From Isurus oxyrinchus (Eukaryota), in contig JANJGN010000004.1 in NCBI GenBank assembly GCA_026770705.1, positions 101,990,001-102,054,000 on the forward strand: 64,000 nucleotides of DNA. The letters run 5' to 3'. Under the pieces are notes generated by a model. The model was not told the origin of the DNA and searched no databases. It worked only from the letters and a program-made list of their open reading frames with translations. Positions 38,851 to 50,529 of this stretch are shown here, in pieces. Both the position numbers and the translations under genes were made by a program. Numbering within the stretch: position 1 is the first letter of the stretch; the number at the start of each line of letters is the position of its first letter.

Positions 38851-38974
38851 GGGGCGGTGAGAAGACATGAGGGAATGCTCACAGGAAAAGGAAAGTAAGG
38901 AATTCGAGAAAAATTGGAGAAAGAGAATTATATACACAGCAGAAATTAAAACAGAAAAAGCTGCCCAACCACAG

Positions 38975-40136
38975 TAGACTGTAACCTCCTAGCTCCAGGG
39001 CATCTTATTGGATCGGGGTACACCAAAAGAGCACTGGGGAATCCTCTACGGACATTCCCAGGTAAAGTTTGCATGGCAATTGCCCAGACGTGCAAATTTC
39101 CCCTGGGCAATTGCCCTGCATGGGAGACATCCAAAAATGCAATTTAAAGCACAATCTTCAAATGATTCTGTCAGGGTTACAGCAATAGTCACCCCGGAAA
39201 GTTAGCAGAATGAAAGCCTCTTCGACCCTCCACAGGACTACCCTAGAGGATTCCTCCAGACCCCCATGGGACTCCCCCAACCCCCTAACACCCTGGCGCC
39301 TCCCTCCAGCCCCCTGACTACCTGCACCCCCACGGGATACCCTCCAATCACGAAGAATGACACCCCCCGACAATAACTCCCCAACCCATGGGATTGCCCC
39401 AACTCCCATGGGGAGCTCCCCCCACCCTGGCAGGCCCACTCACCCCACCCCCCCCCAACCGCCCCACCCCAAGGCCCGATCCAACACGACTCAGCCTCCT
39501 CCCGCCCAAACCGAAGTCCAATCCACCTGACAAACCCCCAAGACTCAACCCGAACGCCCCCCCCGAGGCCCAAACCCCTCCTCGCGAGACCCAATGCCCC
39601 CAACACCCCATCCCACCAAGGCTAGACCCCACCTACCCTGCCAAGCCTGACAACCCTCACTCCACCTCCCCATGACACCAAACATCTCACCCCCCCTCCC
39701 AAGGCAAACCCCACCTCTTGAGGCCAAACACCTCCACGCCCACCCCTCAAGGCCTGACATCCTCCATGCTCTCCAAGCCCGACAACCCCCATCCCTCCCA
39801 AGGCTCGAATTCCCCCACTGCCCCTCCAACCAGCCTGACACCCTTCACCGCACACCCCCCCAAAGGCCCGAAACCCTCTACCCCCTGTGGTCTGACCACT
39901 TCACACCACCCCCCTACACCCTCCACTCCACACACTCCACCCCCCACACCACCAGCCCCCAACCCCAACCCTCCACCCTCCCCCCATCCACCCCCCATGC
40001 CTCTGGGGACATGTTGTATTATTTGGATCTTCCCTGGCCTGAGCTAGAAAGTTGAGCAAGACAGGATTTCAGGTAAGAAACTGGGAGTGGAGTGGCAACA
40101 CAATGCTGATTGCCACTCTGAGGAACGTCAGGCCCA
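38975..40136 (+). mobile_element. Non-autonomous DNA element with ~750-bp C-rich tract
   Basis: Head homologous to 26645-26860; C-run-rich tract at 39240-40000; ends GGAACGTCAGGCCC. Confidence 0.5.
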
Positions 40137-40561
40137 GTTAGTTTGCAATGCCAAGATGTAAGCTAAAAGCTTGAAGCATAAGATTAGATCCCCTGCCATT
40201 GTCTCTCTCCAAATGACGAACTGATACTCCTCCATCTGGAGATTCCACATCACATATGGTGTTGTTCCTGCAGCTTATATTGACTTTTGCCAAAGCATTG
40301 GAGGAGACGAAAGACAGAATAGTCAGATAATGTATGAAGGGAGGATCTCATTGGAAAACTACAGGGGGTTAGCAGTATATACTTCAAGACAGAAGAAAGC
40401 TGTTCTGCAAAGTAGTCCTCTAAATGTTAATTTGGCCTTGTCTAATGTAAAGGAAACTGTTGCAATGATTAGTGAATACAAATTGGAGGAATTACTTCCA
40501 GCAACTGGGCAAAGACTTCGGAGCAAAAATGGTCTAACAGCTTCTGTGGAGAGAGAGACAG

Positions 40562-40600
40562 AGTTAATGTTTCAAGTCCATATGACCCTTCTTCAGAGCT
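40562..40600 (-). ncRNA. Minimal hammerhead ribozyme (canonical CUGAAGA)
   Basis: Reverse complement: AGCT-CTGAAGA-A-GGGTC-ATATG-GACTT-GAAACATT-AACT. Confidence 0.6.
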
Positions 40601-40884
40601 AAAGAGAAGTAAAAATGTGATGAAATTTTTACTGTTTAAGGGGGAGGGGGTGGAGCAGGTGAAGCTTGATAGAAGGCCAATGATAGGTGGGGGCAAAGGA
40701 GGGATTGACAAGGATGCCATGAACATAAGGACAAAGGGGTGTTAATGGTAGTGGCCCTGGCTAATAGAGGTGCTGATGGTGGCTTTTAGATAGGAAAGCA
40801 GAATATGATAATAGTAGGACAAGGGTAAGCACTCTGTAAAAAGCAACATGAACAAGTGTCAGATGGCCATTTTTACTTCTCTTT

Positions 40885-40923
40885 AACTCTGAAGAAGGGT
40901 CATATGGACTCGAAACGTTAACT
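40885..40923 (+). ncRNA. Minimal hammerhead ribozyme (canonical CUGAAGA)
   Basis: AACT-CTGAAGA-A-GGGTC-ATATG-GACTC-GAAACGTT-AACT. Confidence 0.7.
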
Positions 40924-41109
40924 GAGTTTCTCTCCACAGATGCTGTTAGACTTGCTCAGATTTTCCAGCATTTTCTGTTTTTGTTTCAGATTTTCAGCAT
41001 CTGCAGTATTTTGCTTTTATAAACGACTTTGGAGTCCTTGTGTAGCAGTTCGGGAGAAGAAAAATGAAGTGTTTGCATCTCTTTATTGTTGGACGTGGAA
41101 GATATCAGG

Positions 41110-41500
41110 AAGCAACAATAACAACTTTTATTTATATAGCACCTTTACTGTAATAAAACATCTCAAGATATTTCACAGGGGCATTGCCAAACAAAATTTG
41201 ACACTGAGCCATATCAGGAGATATTAGGACAAGCTTGGCCAAAGAACTAAGTTTTAAGTAGTATTGCAAAGAAGGGGAGAGAGAGGTAGAGAAGTGGAAA
41301 TGTTTAGGGGGGAATATGTGGATCATTAAAAGAGTAAGCAGGGTACTCTGAAGGGAGTGGATCATCTACAGAGGCATAGAAAATAAACTGGATGATGGAA
41401 TGATGTTGTTTGGTGGAAGAAGCAACTGAAGACAATCTGGTAAATATGAAAGCTGATGGTGTGAGATTGGAGGAAGAGCACTGGTTGGGGTGGAAGAGGA
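41110..41500 (-). mobile_element. L2-type 3' end
   Basis: CAACAATAACAACTTTTATTTATATAGCACCTTT…TTTCACAGG…TTTGACACTGAGCCA is the L2 tail in reverse orientation. Confidence 0.5.
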
Positions 41501-43019
41501 GGCGTTGCGAGGGAAAGTGGCAATGACAAGAGCTGAGCCTTGGGAAATTAGGATATCCTTCAAGATATTATCTATCACTGTAGCAAATTCTACATAGAGG
41601 AAATAGAAGACATTTCAAAACTGGAAAGTAGGGTCACCAAAGAAAATGCAATGAAGATATAGAGGCTCGGAGAAAGGGACAATATATTTATGAGGTAGGT
41701 AGGATGAAGTAATATCCAGCAGTTGTATAATCAGCAGGTTTGGAATGTGTTTATTATATTGCTGTCTACTGTTTGTCACTTTGCTGAATCTAGACCTGCT
41801 CTGATAATTTAACCAGCTCCAAATATTTTGCTGCTTTACTGGACTGAGAAATATGAAAGGAAGAAATCATATTAATAAAGCACATCATAGTACAAAGTAC
41901 TTCACACTCAACAAATGTATTTTTTGTTGAATTCAAATTCATTTGAATTGTCAAATTCAAATTCTTGAATTTTCAGCAAATACAACATGATATCAGAAGT
42001 GAAAAAAACAGATTTATGCAAATATCCTGATACGTGGCAGAATAGGAGAGAGAGTCCATTTACTGTGAGCCAATGATTGATTCCCCATCTAAAGATAAAA
42101 TTGACCTATAATTAGCAATAATAGGTTGTGGACATCAAGATGATTAACTACTGACTACAAGTAAGGAAGCTATCACCAAGCTTTTTAGGGGAAGAGTTTG
42201 GAAATGGTTTGAGCTTGAGGATAACATCAATTTTGTGCCCGTCGCATATTGAGTGAAGAAAGAGTAACAGTAATAATGTTTGACGAGAGGCTGGTATTAA
42301 ATGAAGATGCATTGTGCTTAATGTATTCTTGAGTTGTATGGCGATACAGTCGACAGTGGATCAATTGTGAAGTGAAAGACTGGCACAACAATAACAGCAG
42401 ATTGAAGAGTCTTACATGTGACAGTGGAAGCTGATTTGGATGGCATGAGGAGTCCAGCACTCAAATAGGTGCTATGATCTCCTGCAAGAATGATGACAGG
42501 TTGCTGTCATCTGTATGCAGTATGTCTCTTTTTTTGTGTGCATGTTTGTTCTTTGAAACGTGTGACATAAACCAAGCCTATCCATCAAGAAACTGAAATA
42601 CCGCATTAACTAGGCAGGTCACATCCTGCCACTAGGCAGGCAAATCATTACTGTATTCGCCAACAGTGATCAGCTATCTGAGTCTGGATTAGAGTAAACA
42701 GACCTGAAATTGTTGAAATCGCCTATCTCGCAATCTCAATGGGGAGTGACTTTCAAAGGGACAAGGTGTGGTGCCAGCACTATAATGCTGATTATCCTAT
42801 CTTATTGAGTCTTGTGAGAGTGGCTTTGCACTGGGAACATTGAATGGGAAAATGTTATCTTTAAAAAACCATTCTTGCAGGTGAAGACACAATGAGCCCG
42901 ATTTTGCTGTCAATATAATGACGAAACTAATGTCGTTCGCAATTACTCATAGATAAATGGCAAATAGCCTAGGTAACTGAAGGTGCAGCCGCCAAAGGTG
43001 GAGTAATTAAAACCAAGTA

Positions 43020-43200
43020 TTTAAAATCCAACCTATCCCTGACCTTCTTTTTAGACCCCAGCCCCTCCCCATTTTTTCAACAGCATAAGACCCATCACAT
43101 TTCTGCCTCTCTCCAGTTCCAAAGATGAGTTATGTTAGACTCGAAATGCAACTCTGCTGCCAGACATGCTGAGTTTTTCCACCATTTTCTGTTTTTATTT
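43020..43200 (+). mobile_element. Degenerate PLE pLTR with decayed hammerhead
   Basis: CAGTTCCAAAGATGAGTTATGTTAGACTCGAAATGCAACTC…CTGCCAGAC.TGCTGAGTTTTTCC. Confidence 0.55.
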
Positions 43201-44204
43201 AACATTGAGGATGCTCAAGAAGCCAGAATTAAAGGAGCACACACATATCTCAAGGGACTGTGGGGTTGGACGAGATTACAGAGATAATATTACCAATAAT
43301 ATTACCATGACATCATGGGCTTGGCTGGTGGTCCGACACATCAAATGACACAGAAGGGCTAATTCGAGTTTTGATCACATTGAATCTGCATGTCTGTTGA
43401 TTTTTTTTACAAATTTTTGGCAATTTTTCATTTACTATAAACAGTAAAGATTTGCTGCTGTCCTGTTGGGTCTGATATTTATTGAGCAGCTGAACCTGAT
43501 ATGTTAACATTATTACACTGTGTGTTGTTCAGATGAGGCCACCTGTTAGAAAAATTACAGCAATCTAAATGCCTGTCAAGCATCCTCTACCATATATTCT
43601 AATGACCCTTAAAACTACAATGTCTCTACATTGTATTGGTTTAAAATATTAAGCTCATAAAAAAACATTGAAACCATCAACTGTTTTTTATTCACTCACT
43701 GCCTGTAATGTGCTCCATTAAGGATTCTATCCCACCTACTTAATGTCCCCCAAGAAAGTTAAGGACTAAGATCCCATTTTCCCCAAAGAAAATACAGTAC
43801 ATATGTCTTTGAAAGAGCATAGGAACAGAAGAAAAAAGCAGGAGCTGGCCATGTGACCCCCTCGAGCCTGCTGCATCAATCAGTAAGGTAATGGCCAATC
43901 CTCGATCTCAAATCCACATTGCCACCTGATCCCCAAATAAGAACATAAGAGATATGAGCAAGAGTAAACCATAAGACCACCTTCAAGGTGATCATGGCTG
44001 ACAGGCCTCAACTCCACTTTCCTGCCTGCTTGAGAGGCCAATAATCTATTGATCCCAGTATTGGATAATACTCAATAACTTTCAGACAATGTCACAAATA
44101 AGTTTTTACTGATGTCTTATCCTGTATTGTAAATGCTATTTGATACAAAGTTAGCAAATATTTTACTTTGTTGGCAATTTGCAAACTAGCTTTAATGAAA
44201 GAAA

Positions 44205-44585
44205 CTTATTTTACATAGCACTTTTCACTCAGCATGTTTCAAAGTGCTTCACAGCCATGGAGATAATTTTGAAGCAAACTCCCTGTTTTACTGCAGGTAA
44301 ATAAGACAGCCAATTTGTGCACGTCAAGGTCCAGCAACAGGAATGAGGTAAATGATCAGATAATCTGTAGTATTAGTTGTGGACACAATGTTGGTGAGGG
44401 CTTCAGGAGAACTCACCCAGGAGTTTTAATATTGCATCTAAAAGACAGCCCTCCCAATACCATATCATTCCCTTGCTACTGCTTTGAACTGTCAGCCAAG
44501 CTGATGTGCTCAACTCTCAGGAGTGGACCGTGAACTTATGGCCTTTCAATTCGAAAGTGACACTGCTATCAGTAGCCAAGGCCAA
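44205..44585 (-). mobile_element. tRNA-derived SINE with L2-type tail (DeuSINE/SacSINE-like)
   Basis: L2 tail TTATTTTACATAGCACTTTTCA…CAAAGTGCTTCACAGCC at the left end, decayed tRNA head at the right end. Confidence 0.5.
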
Positions 44586-46058
44586 AACTTAGGAGGAGAA
44601 GGTTCTGTTCGAAACACCTCCGAAAATGGAAGAAAAAATGTTGTTTAGATGTGCATTAGCCTAATCCACATTTGGACTTGTTTTATTTATTTTAGCATGT
44701 TTGTTTTGGAGAGGGGGGAGTGTAAAGAAAGATTTGCATTTTTCATGCCGTGAAGCACAGGCAAAGCCTCAAAGTGTTTTATAAATAAGGTTAGCTTTGA
44801 AACAATCGTACTCCCAACAAAGAGCTTCACACTTAAGGAATACACATCAGGACCTTCTGCAATGAGGTCAGCAGGTCCCAAAGTATGGTTTGTTCATTAA
44901 AACCCTACATTGTCCTTGAACTTTGACAGCGCAGAGGTTCTTCACCGCTGTGCTAAACTGCTCACTTAGATTACATATATAGATCTTTATTCATTTTATG
45001 GGATGTGGGCGTCGCTAGCTAGGCCAGCATTTATTACCCATCCCTAATTGCCCTTGAGAAGGCAGTGCTGAGGTAGCTTCTCGAACAGCTGCAGTCCATA
45101 TGGTGTAGGTACACCCACAGAGCTGTTAGGGAGGGAGGTCCAGGATTTTGACACAGCGATAATTTTCCAAGTCAGGATGGTGAGTGGCTTGGAGGGGAAC
45201 TTCCAGATGGCAGTGTTCCCATGCTTCGGCTGCCCTTGTCCTTCTAGATGGTAGTTGTTGAGGGTTTGGAAGGTGCTGCCTAAGGAGCCTTGGTAAATTT
45301 CTGCAGTGCATCTTGTCAATGGAACACACTACTGCTACTGTGCATCAGTGGTGGAGGGAATGTATGTTTGTGGATGTGTTGCCAATCAAGTGGGCTTCTT
45401 TGTCCTGGTGGTGTCAAGCTTCTTGAGTGATGTTGAAGCTGCACTCATCCAGGCAAGTGGAGAGTATTCTTCCACACTCCTGACTTGTGCCTTGTAGATG
45501 GTGGACAGGCTTTGGGGAGTCAGGAGGTGAGTTACTCATTGCAGGATTCCTAGTCTCTGACCTGCTCCTGTAGCCACAGTATTTATATGGCTAGTCCAGT
45601 TCAGTTTCTGGTCAATGATAATCCCCAGGATGTTGATAGTGGGGCATTCACTGATGGAAATGACAATGAATGTCAAGGGGTGATGGTTAGACTCTCTCTT
45701 GTTGCAGATGGTCATCGCCTGGCACTTGTGTAGAGCGAATGTTACTTGCCACTTGCCAGCCCAAGCCTGGATATTGTCCTGGCCTTGCTGCATTTGGACA
45801 TGGACTGCTTCAGTGCCTGAGGAGTTGTGAAGGACATTGAACATTGTGCAATCAGCAGTGAACATCCCCACCTCTGACCTTATGATAGAAGGATGGTAAT
45901 TGATGAAGCAGCTGAAGATGGTTGGGCCTAGGACACGAACCTGTGGAACTCCTGCAGTGATGTCCTGGAACTTAGATGATTGACCTCCAACAACCACAAC
46001 CATCTTCCTTTGTGCTAGGTATGACTCCAACAAGCGGAGAGTTTTCCCACTGATTCCA

Positions 46059-46806
46059 TGTTATGACCGAAACAGTTGGTAAAGGCTAAGTTATTTAAAA
46101 TCCCAGAGGGAAACTTTAAACAACTGTCATAACCTATATTTTCAATTGGTTTGAGATGCAGCTCTGAATTCAGAAATGAAACCACCAAGCCTCCAGAGGT
46201 TTTTAATATAAATTAAATTAAACATTTATTGATTTAACAAGAATTGAAACACAAACATTTGCCTACAAATTACTACCATAACAAATCCCCAAATCAATCA
46301 CTCCCAGGTAAACCTTCACCAAGGCAACAATAACCCATAGCCTTAAACAGACACCAGGCAAAGTACATTTTATCTTACAAATTCAAATGAGGATCCTTTC
46401 AATTTGGTTCCTTTGCACTTAAGCTTACAGGCAGCTTAGATTTTATATACCATTGACTTATACACACAAAACTCTGTTCTGTCTACACCTAGACTTCCCT
46501 TTGCATGCAAATCCTTATTGCATCACCAGGCCCTTTGAACTCCACCACTTCTAACAATAAAACCCCTTTCATAGTACCAATTTTATTAGTAATATAAAAG
46601 TATTGCTTGGTGTCTCCTAGATAGGTACAAGATTTCACCACCAGCATTTGGATAGCTTATTCAACAAAATGCAAATGTACTCTCTACCTTACTGTACAAC
46701 ATTTCAAAACTACTAAACGTCAAAGCACAGACTAGCTGGTTTTAATCCAACCAAGACATACACACACACACACATACACACACATACACACACACACACA
46801 CATACA

Positions 46807-46843
<37 letters not shown>

Positions 46844-46909
46844 TCCCTACCACAAGTCCAATTTAAAATAATTTTCAATAACATTATGTGCATTAAAGTA
46901 TTCATGATA
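46059..46909 (-). mobile_element. Solo LTR inserted in LINE
   Basis: Termini TGTTATGA…TCATGATA and 5-bp near-TSD TTCCA/TTCCC; the LINE sequence is continuous across it. Orientation is tentative. Confidence 0.75.
46757..46840. repeat. (CA)n microsatellite
   Basis: About 40 CA units with a few TA/AA interruptions. Confidence 0.95.
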
Positions 46910-47985
46910 TTCCCATTGACTCCAGTTTTGCTAGGGCTCCTTGATGCCACATTCTGTCATATGCTGCCTCGATGACAAGAACAGTCACTTTCACCTTACC
47001 TCAGGAGTTCAACTCTTTTGTCCATGCTTGAACCAAGGCTGTAATGAGGTCAGAAGCTGGCCTCGACGGAACCCAAACTAAGCGTCAGTGAGCAGGTTAT
47101 TGCTGAGCAGTGCTATTGATAGCACTGTTGATGACCCTTTGCATCACTGTACTGATGATGAAGAGTAGATTGATGGGGTGGTAATTGGCCTGGTTGGATT
47201 TGTCCTGCTTTTTGTGGCAATTTTGTGGCAATACCTGGGCAATTTTCCACATTGCTTGGTAGATGCCAGTGTTATCACTATACTGGAACAGCTTGGCTAG
47301 AGGTGCAGCAGGTTCTGGAGCACCAAGCTTTCAGTGCTATTGCCGGAATATTGTCAGGGCCCATAGCCTTTACAGTATCCAGTGCCTTCAGCTGTTTCTT
47401 GATATCAAGTGGTCTGAATCAAATTGAAGACTAGCATCTGTGATACCGGGGATCTCTGAGGGAGGCTGAGATGAATCATTCACTTGGCACTTCTGGCTGA
47501 AGATTGTTGCAAATGCTTCAGCTTTATCTTTTGCATTGATGTGCTGGGTTCCCCATCATTGAAGATGGGAATATTTGTGGAGCCTCCTCCTCCGGTGAGT
47601 TTTTTAATTGTCCATCGACGTTAATGGCTGGATGTGGCAGGACTGCAGAGCTTAAATCTGATCTGTTGGCTGTGGAATCTCTTAGCTCTGTCTATTGCTT
47701 GCTGCTTATGCTTTTTGACATGCAAGTAGTCCTGTGTTGTAGCTTCACGAGGTTGACACCTCATTTTTAGGTATGCCTGGTGCTGCTCCTGGCATGCCCT
47801 CCTACACTTTTCAGTGAACCAGGGTTGATCCTCTGGCTTGCTGGTAATGATAGAGTGGGGAATATGCTGGGCCATGAATTTACAGAGATAAAAACAAAAA
47901 AACTGCAGATGCTGGAAATCCAAAACAAAAACAGAATTACCTGGAAAAACTCAGCAGGTCTGGCAGCATCGGCGGAGAAGAAAAG

Positions 47986-48024
47986 AGTTGACGTTTCGAG
48001 TCCTCATGACCCTTCGACAGAACT
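47986..48024 (-). ncRNA. Hammerhead-like ribozyme, variant core CUGUCGA
   Basis: Reverse complement: AGTT-CTGTCGA-A-GGGTC-ATGAG-GACTC-GAAACGTC-AACT. Confidence 0.7.
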
Positions 48025-48411
48025 TGAGTTTGAGTCCAAGAAAGAGTTGAAATATAAGCTGGTTTAAGGTGTGTGTGTGGGGGGGCGGAGAGATAGAGAG
48101 AGAGAGAGGTGGGGGTGGGGGGGGGTGGAGGTGGTGTGGTTGTATGGACAAACAAGCAGTGATAGAAGCAGATCATCAAAAGATGTCAACGACAATAGTA
48201 CAATAGAACACATAGGTGTTAAAGTTAAAGTTGGCGATATTATCTAAACAAATGTGCTAATTAAGAATGGATGGTAGGGCACTCAAGGTATAGCTCTAGT
48301 GGGGCTTTTTTTTATATAATGGAAATAGGTGGGAAAAGGAAAATCTTTATAATTTATTGGAAAAAAAAAGGAAGGGGGAAACAGAAAGGGGGTGGGGATG
48401 GGGGAGGGAGT

Positions 48412-49110
48412 TCACGACCTAAAGTTGTTGAATTCAATATTCAGTCCGGAAGGCTGTAAGGTGCCTAGTCGGAAGATGAGGTGTTGTTCCTCCAGTTTGC
48501 GTTGGGCTTCACTGGAACAATGCAGCAAGCCAAGGACAGACATGTGGGCAAGAGAGCAGGTTGGAGTGTTAAAATGGCAAGCGACAGAGAGGTTTGGGTC
48601 ATTCTTGCGGACAGACCGCAGGTGTTCTGCAAAGCGGTCGCCCAGTTTACGTTTGGTCTCTCCAATGTAGAGGAGACCACATTGGGAGCAACGACTACAG
48701 TAGACTAAGTTGGGGGAAATGCAAGTGAAATGCTGCTTCACTTGAAAGGAGTGTTTGGGTCCTTGGACGGTGAGGAGAGAGGAAGGGAAGGGGCAGGTGT
48801 TGCATCTTTTGCGTAGGCATGGGGTGGTGCCATAGGAGGGGGTTGAGGAGTAGGGGGTGATGGAGGAGTGGACCAGGGTGTCCTGGAGGGAGCGATCCCT
48901 ACGGAATGCCGATAAGGGGGGTGAAGGGAAGATGTGTTTGGTGGTGGCATCATGCTGGAGTTGGCGGAAATGGCGGAGGATGATCCTTTGAATGCGGAGG
49001 CTGGTGGGGTGATAAGTGAGGACAAGGGGGACCCTATCATGTTTCTGGGAGGGAGGAGAAGGTGTGAAAAAAAAAACCCCACTAGAGCTATGCCTTGAGT
49101 GCCCTACCAT
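48412..49110 (-). CDS. Open 232-aa PLE-derived ORF: Zn-finger linker + GIY-YIG endonuclease (expression unknown)
   Basis: True ATG at 49110 in the inverted pLTR, no stops. CLRKRCNTC, LVYCSRCSQCGLLYIGE, RFAEH, VACHF, KLEEQHLI and GLN are all present. Confidence 0.45.
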   Translation of the reverse strand: MVGHSRHSSSGVFFFTPSPPSQKHDRVPLVLTYHPTSLRIQRIILRHFRQLQHDATTKHIFPSPPLSAFRRDRSLQDTLVHSSITPYSSTPSYGTTPCLRKRCNTCPFPSSLLTVQGPKHSFQVKQHFTCISPNLVYCSRCSQCGLLYIGETKRKLGDRFAEHLRSVRKNDPNLSVACHFNTPTCSLAHMSVLGLLHCSSEAQRKLEEQHLIFRLGTLQPSGLNIEFNNFRS

Positions 49111-49351
49111 CCATTCTTAATTAGCACATTCGTTTAGATAATATCAAAAACTTTAACTTTAACACCTATGTGTTCTATTGTACTATTGTCGTTGACATCT
49201 TTTGATGATCTGCTCCTATCACTGCTTGTTTGTCCACACAACCACACACCCACCGCCCCTCCCCCCACCTCTCTCTCTCTCTGTCTCTCCGCCCCCCACA
49301 CACACACCTTAAACCAGCTTATATTTCAACTCTTTCTTGGACTCGAACTCA

Positions 49352-49390
49352 AGTTCTGTTGAAGGGTCATGAGGACTCGAAACATCAACT
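49352..49390 (+). ncRNA. Hammerhead-like ribozyme, variant core CUGUUGA
   Basis: AGTT-CTGTTGA-A-GGGTC-ATGAG-GACTC-GAAACATC-AACT; two CpG-type changes relative to 47986. Confidence 0.6.
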
Positions 49391-50529
49391 CTTTTCTTCT
49401 CCGCTGATGCTGCCAGACCGGCTGAGTTTTTCCAGGTAATTCTGTTTTTGTCATGAATTTACAGATTGTGGTTGAGTACAATTCTGCTGCTGCTGTTGAT
49501 GGCCCACAGTGCCTCATGGTTGCCCAGTCTTGAGTTGCTAGATCTGTTCAAAATCTATCCCACTTAGCACGGTAGTACTGCCACAAAACATGATGGAGGT
49601 TGTCCTAAATGTGAAGATGGGACTTTGTCTCCACAGGACTGTGCAGTGGTCACTCCTACCAATACTGTCATGAACAGATGCATCTGTGGCAGGCAGGGTT
49701 GGTGAGCATGAGGTCAAATATGTTTTCTTATCTTATTGGTTCCCTCACCACTTGCTGCAGACGCAGTCTGGCAGCTATGACCTTTAAGACTCAGCCAGTG
49801 TTAGTACTACTGAGCCGCTCCTGGTGATGGGCATTACAGTCCCCGCCCTGAGTATATTCTGTGCCCTTGTCACCCTCAGTGCTTCCTCCAAGTGGGGTTG
49901 AAAATGGAGGAGTACTGATTCATCAGCTGAGGGGCCAGGGGGTTGGGATGTGTGGTGGGGTCGGCAGGGTGCAGCCCCTGGTAATCAGCAAGAGGTTTCC
50001 TTGCCCATATTTGACCTGATGCCATGAGACTGCATGGTGGCCAGAGCCAATATTGAGAACTCCCAGGGCAACTCCCTTCTCACTCATTGTGTGGCCACCT
50101 CTGCTGGATGTGCCCTGTCGGTGGGACAGGTCATAGGTGATGGTGGTGCCTGGGATATGATCTTTAAGTTATGATTCCCTGTGTATGGGTATGTCAGGCT
50201 GTTGCTTGATTCGTCTGTGAGACAGCTCTCCTAGTTTTGGCACTAGCCCCCAGATGTTAGTAAGGAGGACTTTGTAGGGTAAACAACACTGGGTTTGTCG
50301 AAATTGGAAAGTTTCCAGTGTCTTTTCTTTTATTGACTTTGTAGTGGCTTGCTAGGATATTTCAGGGGGCCGTTAAGAGTCAACAACCTTACTGTGGATC
50401 TGGAATCATATCTAGGCCACAGTAAGGATGGCAGGTTTCCTCTCCTTAAGGCCATTAGTGAACCAGATGGGTTTTTACAACAATCAACAAAAATATCATG
50501 GTCGATTTTTAATTCCAGATTTTTATTGC

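Larger units (their letters stand above)
40531..41020. mobile_element. Penelope-like pLTR pair in inverted orientation (no ORF)
   Basis: 40531-40617 is the reverse complement of 40868-40951; the complete 3' tail is on the + arm. Degenerate TSD-like AAAGACTTCGGAG (40511) / AAACGACTTTGGAG (41021). Confidence 0.8.
47887..49451 (-). mobile_element. Penelope-like (Neptune-type) element with inverted 5' pLTR, young
   Basis: 14-bp TSD CATGAATTTACAGA (47873-47886 / 49452-49465). 49067-49451 is a near-perfect inverted copy of ~47926-48313 lacking the terminal ~35-nt tail. GIY-YIG ORF remnant lies between the arms. Confidence 0.92.
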
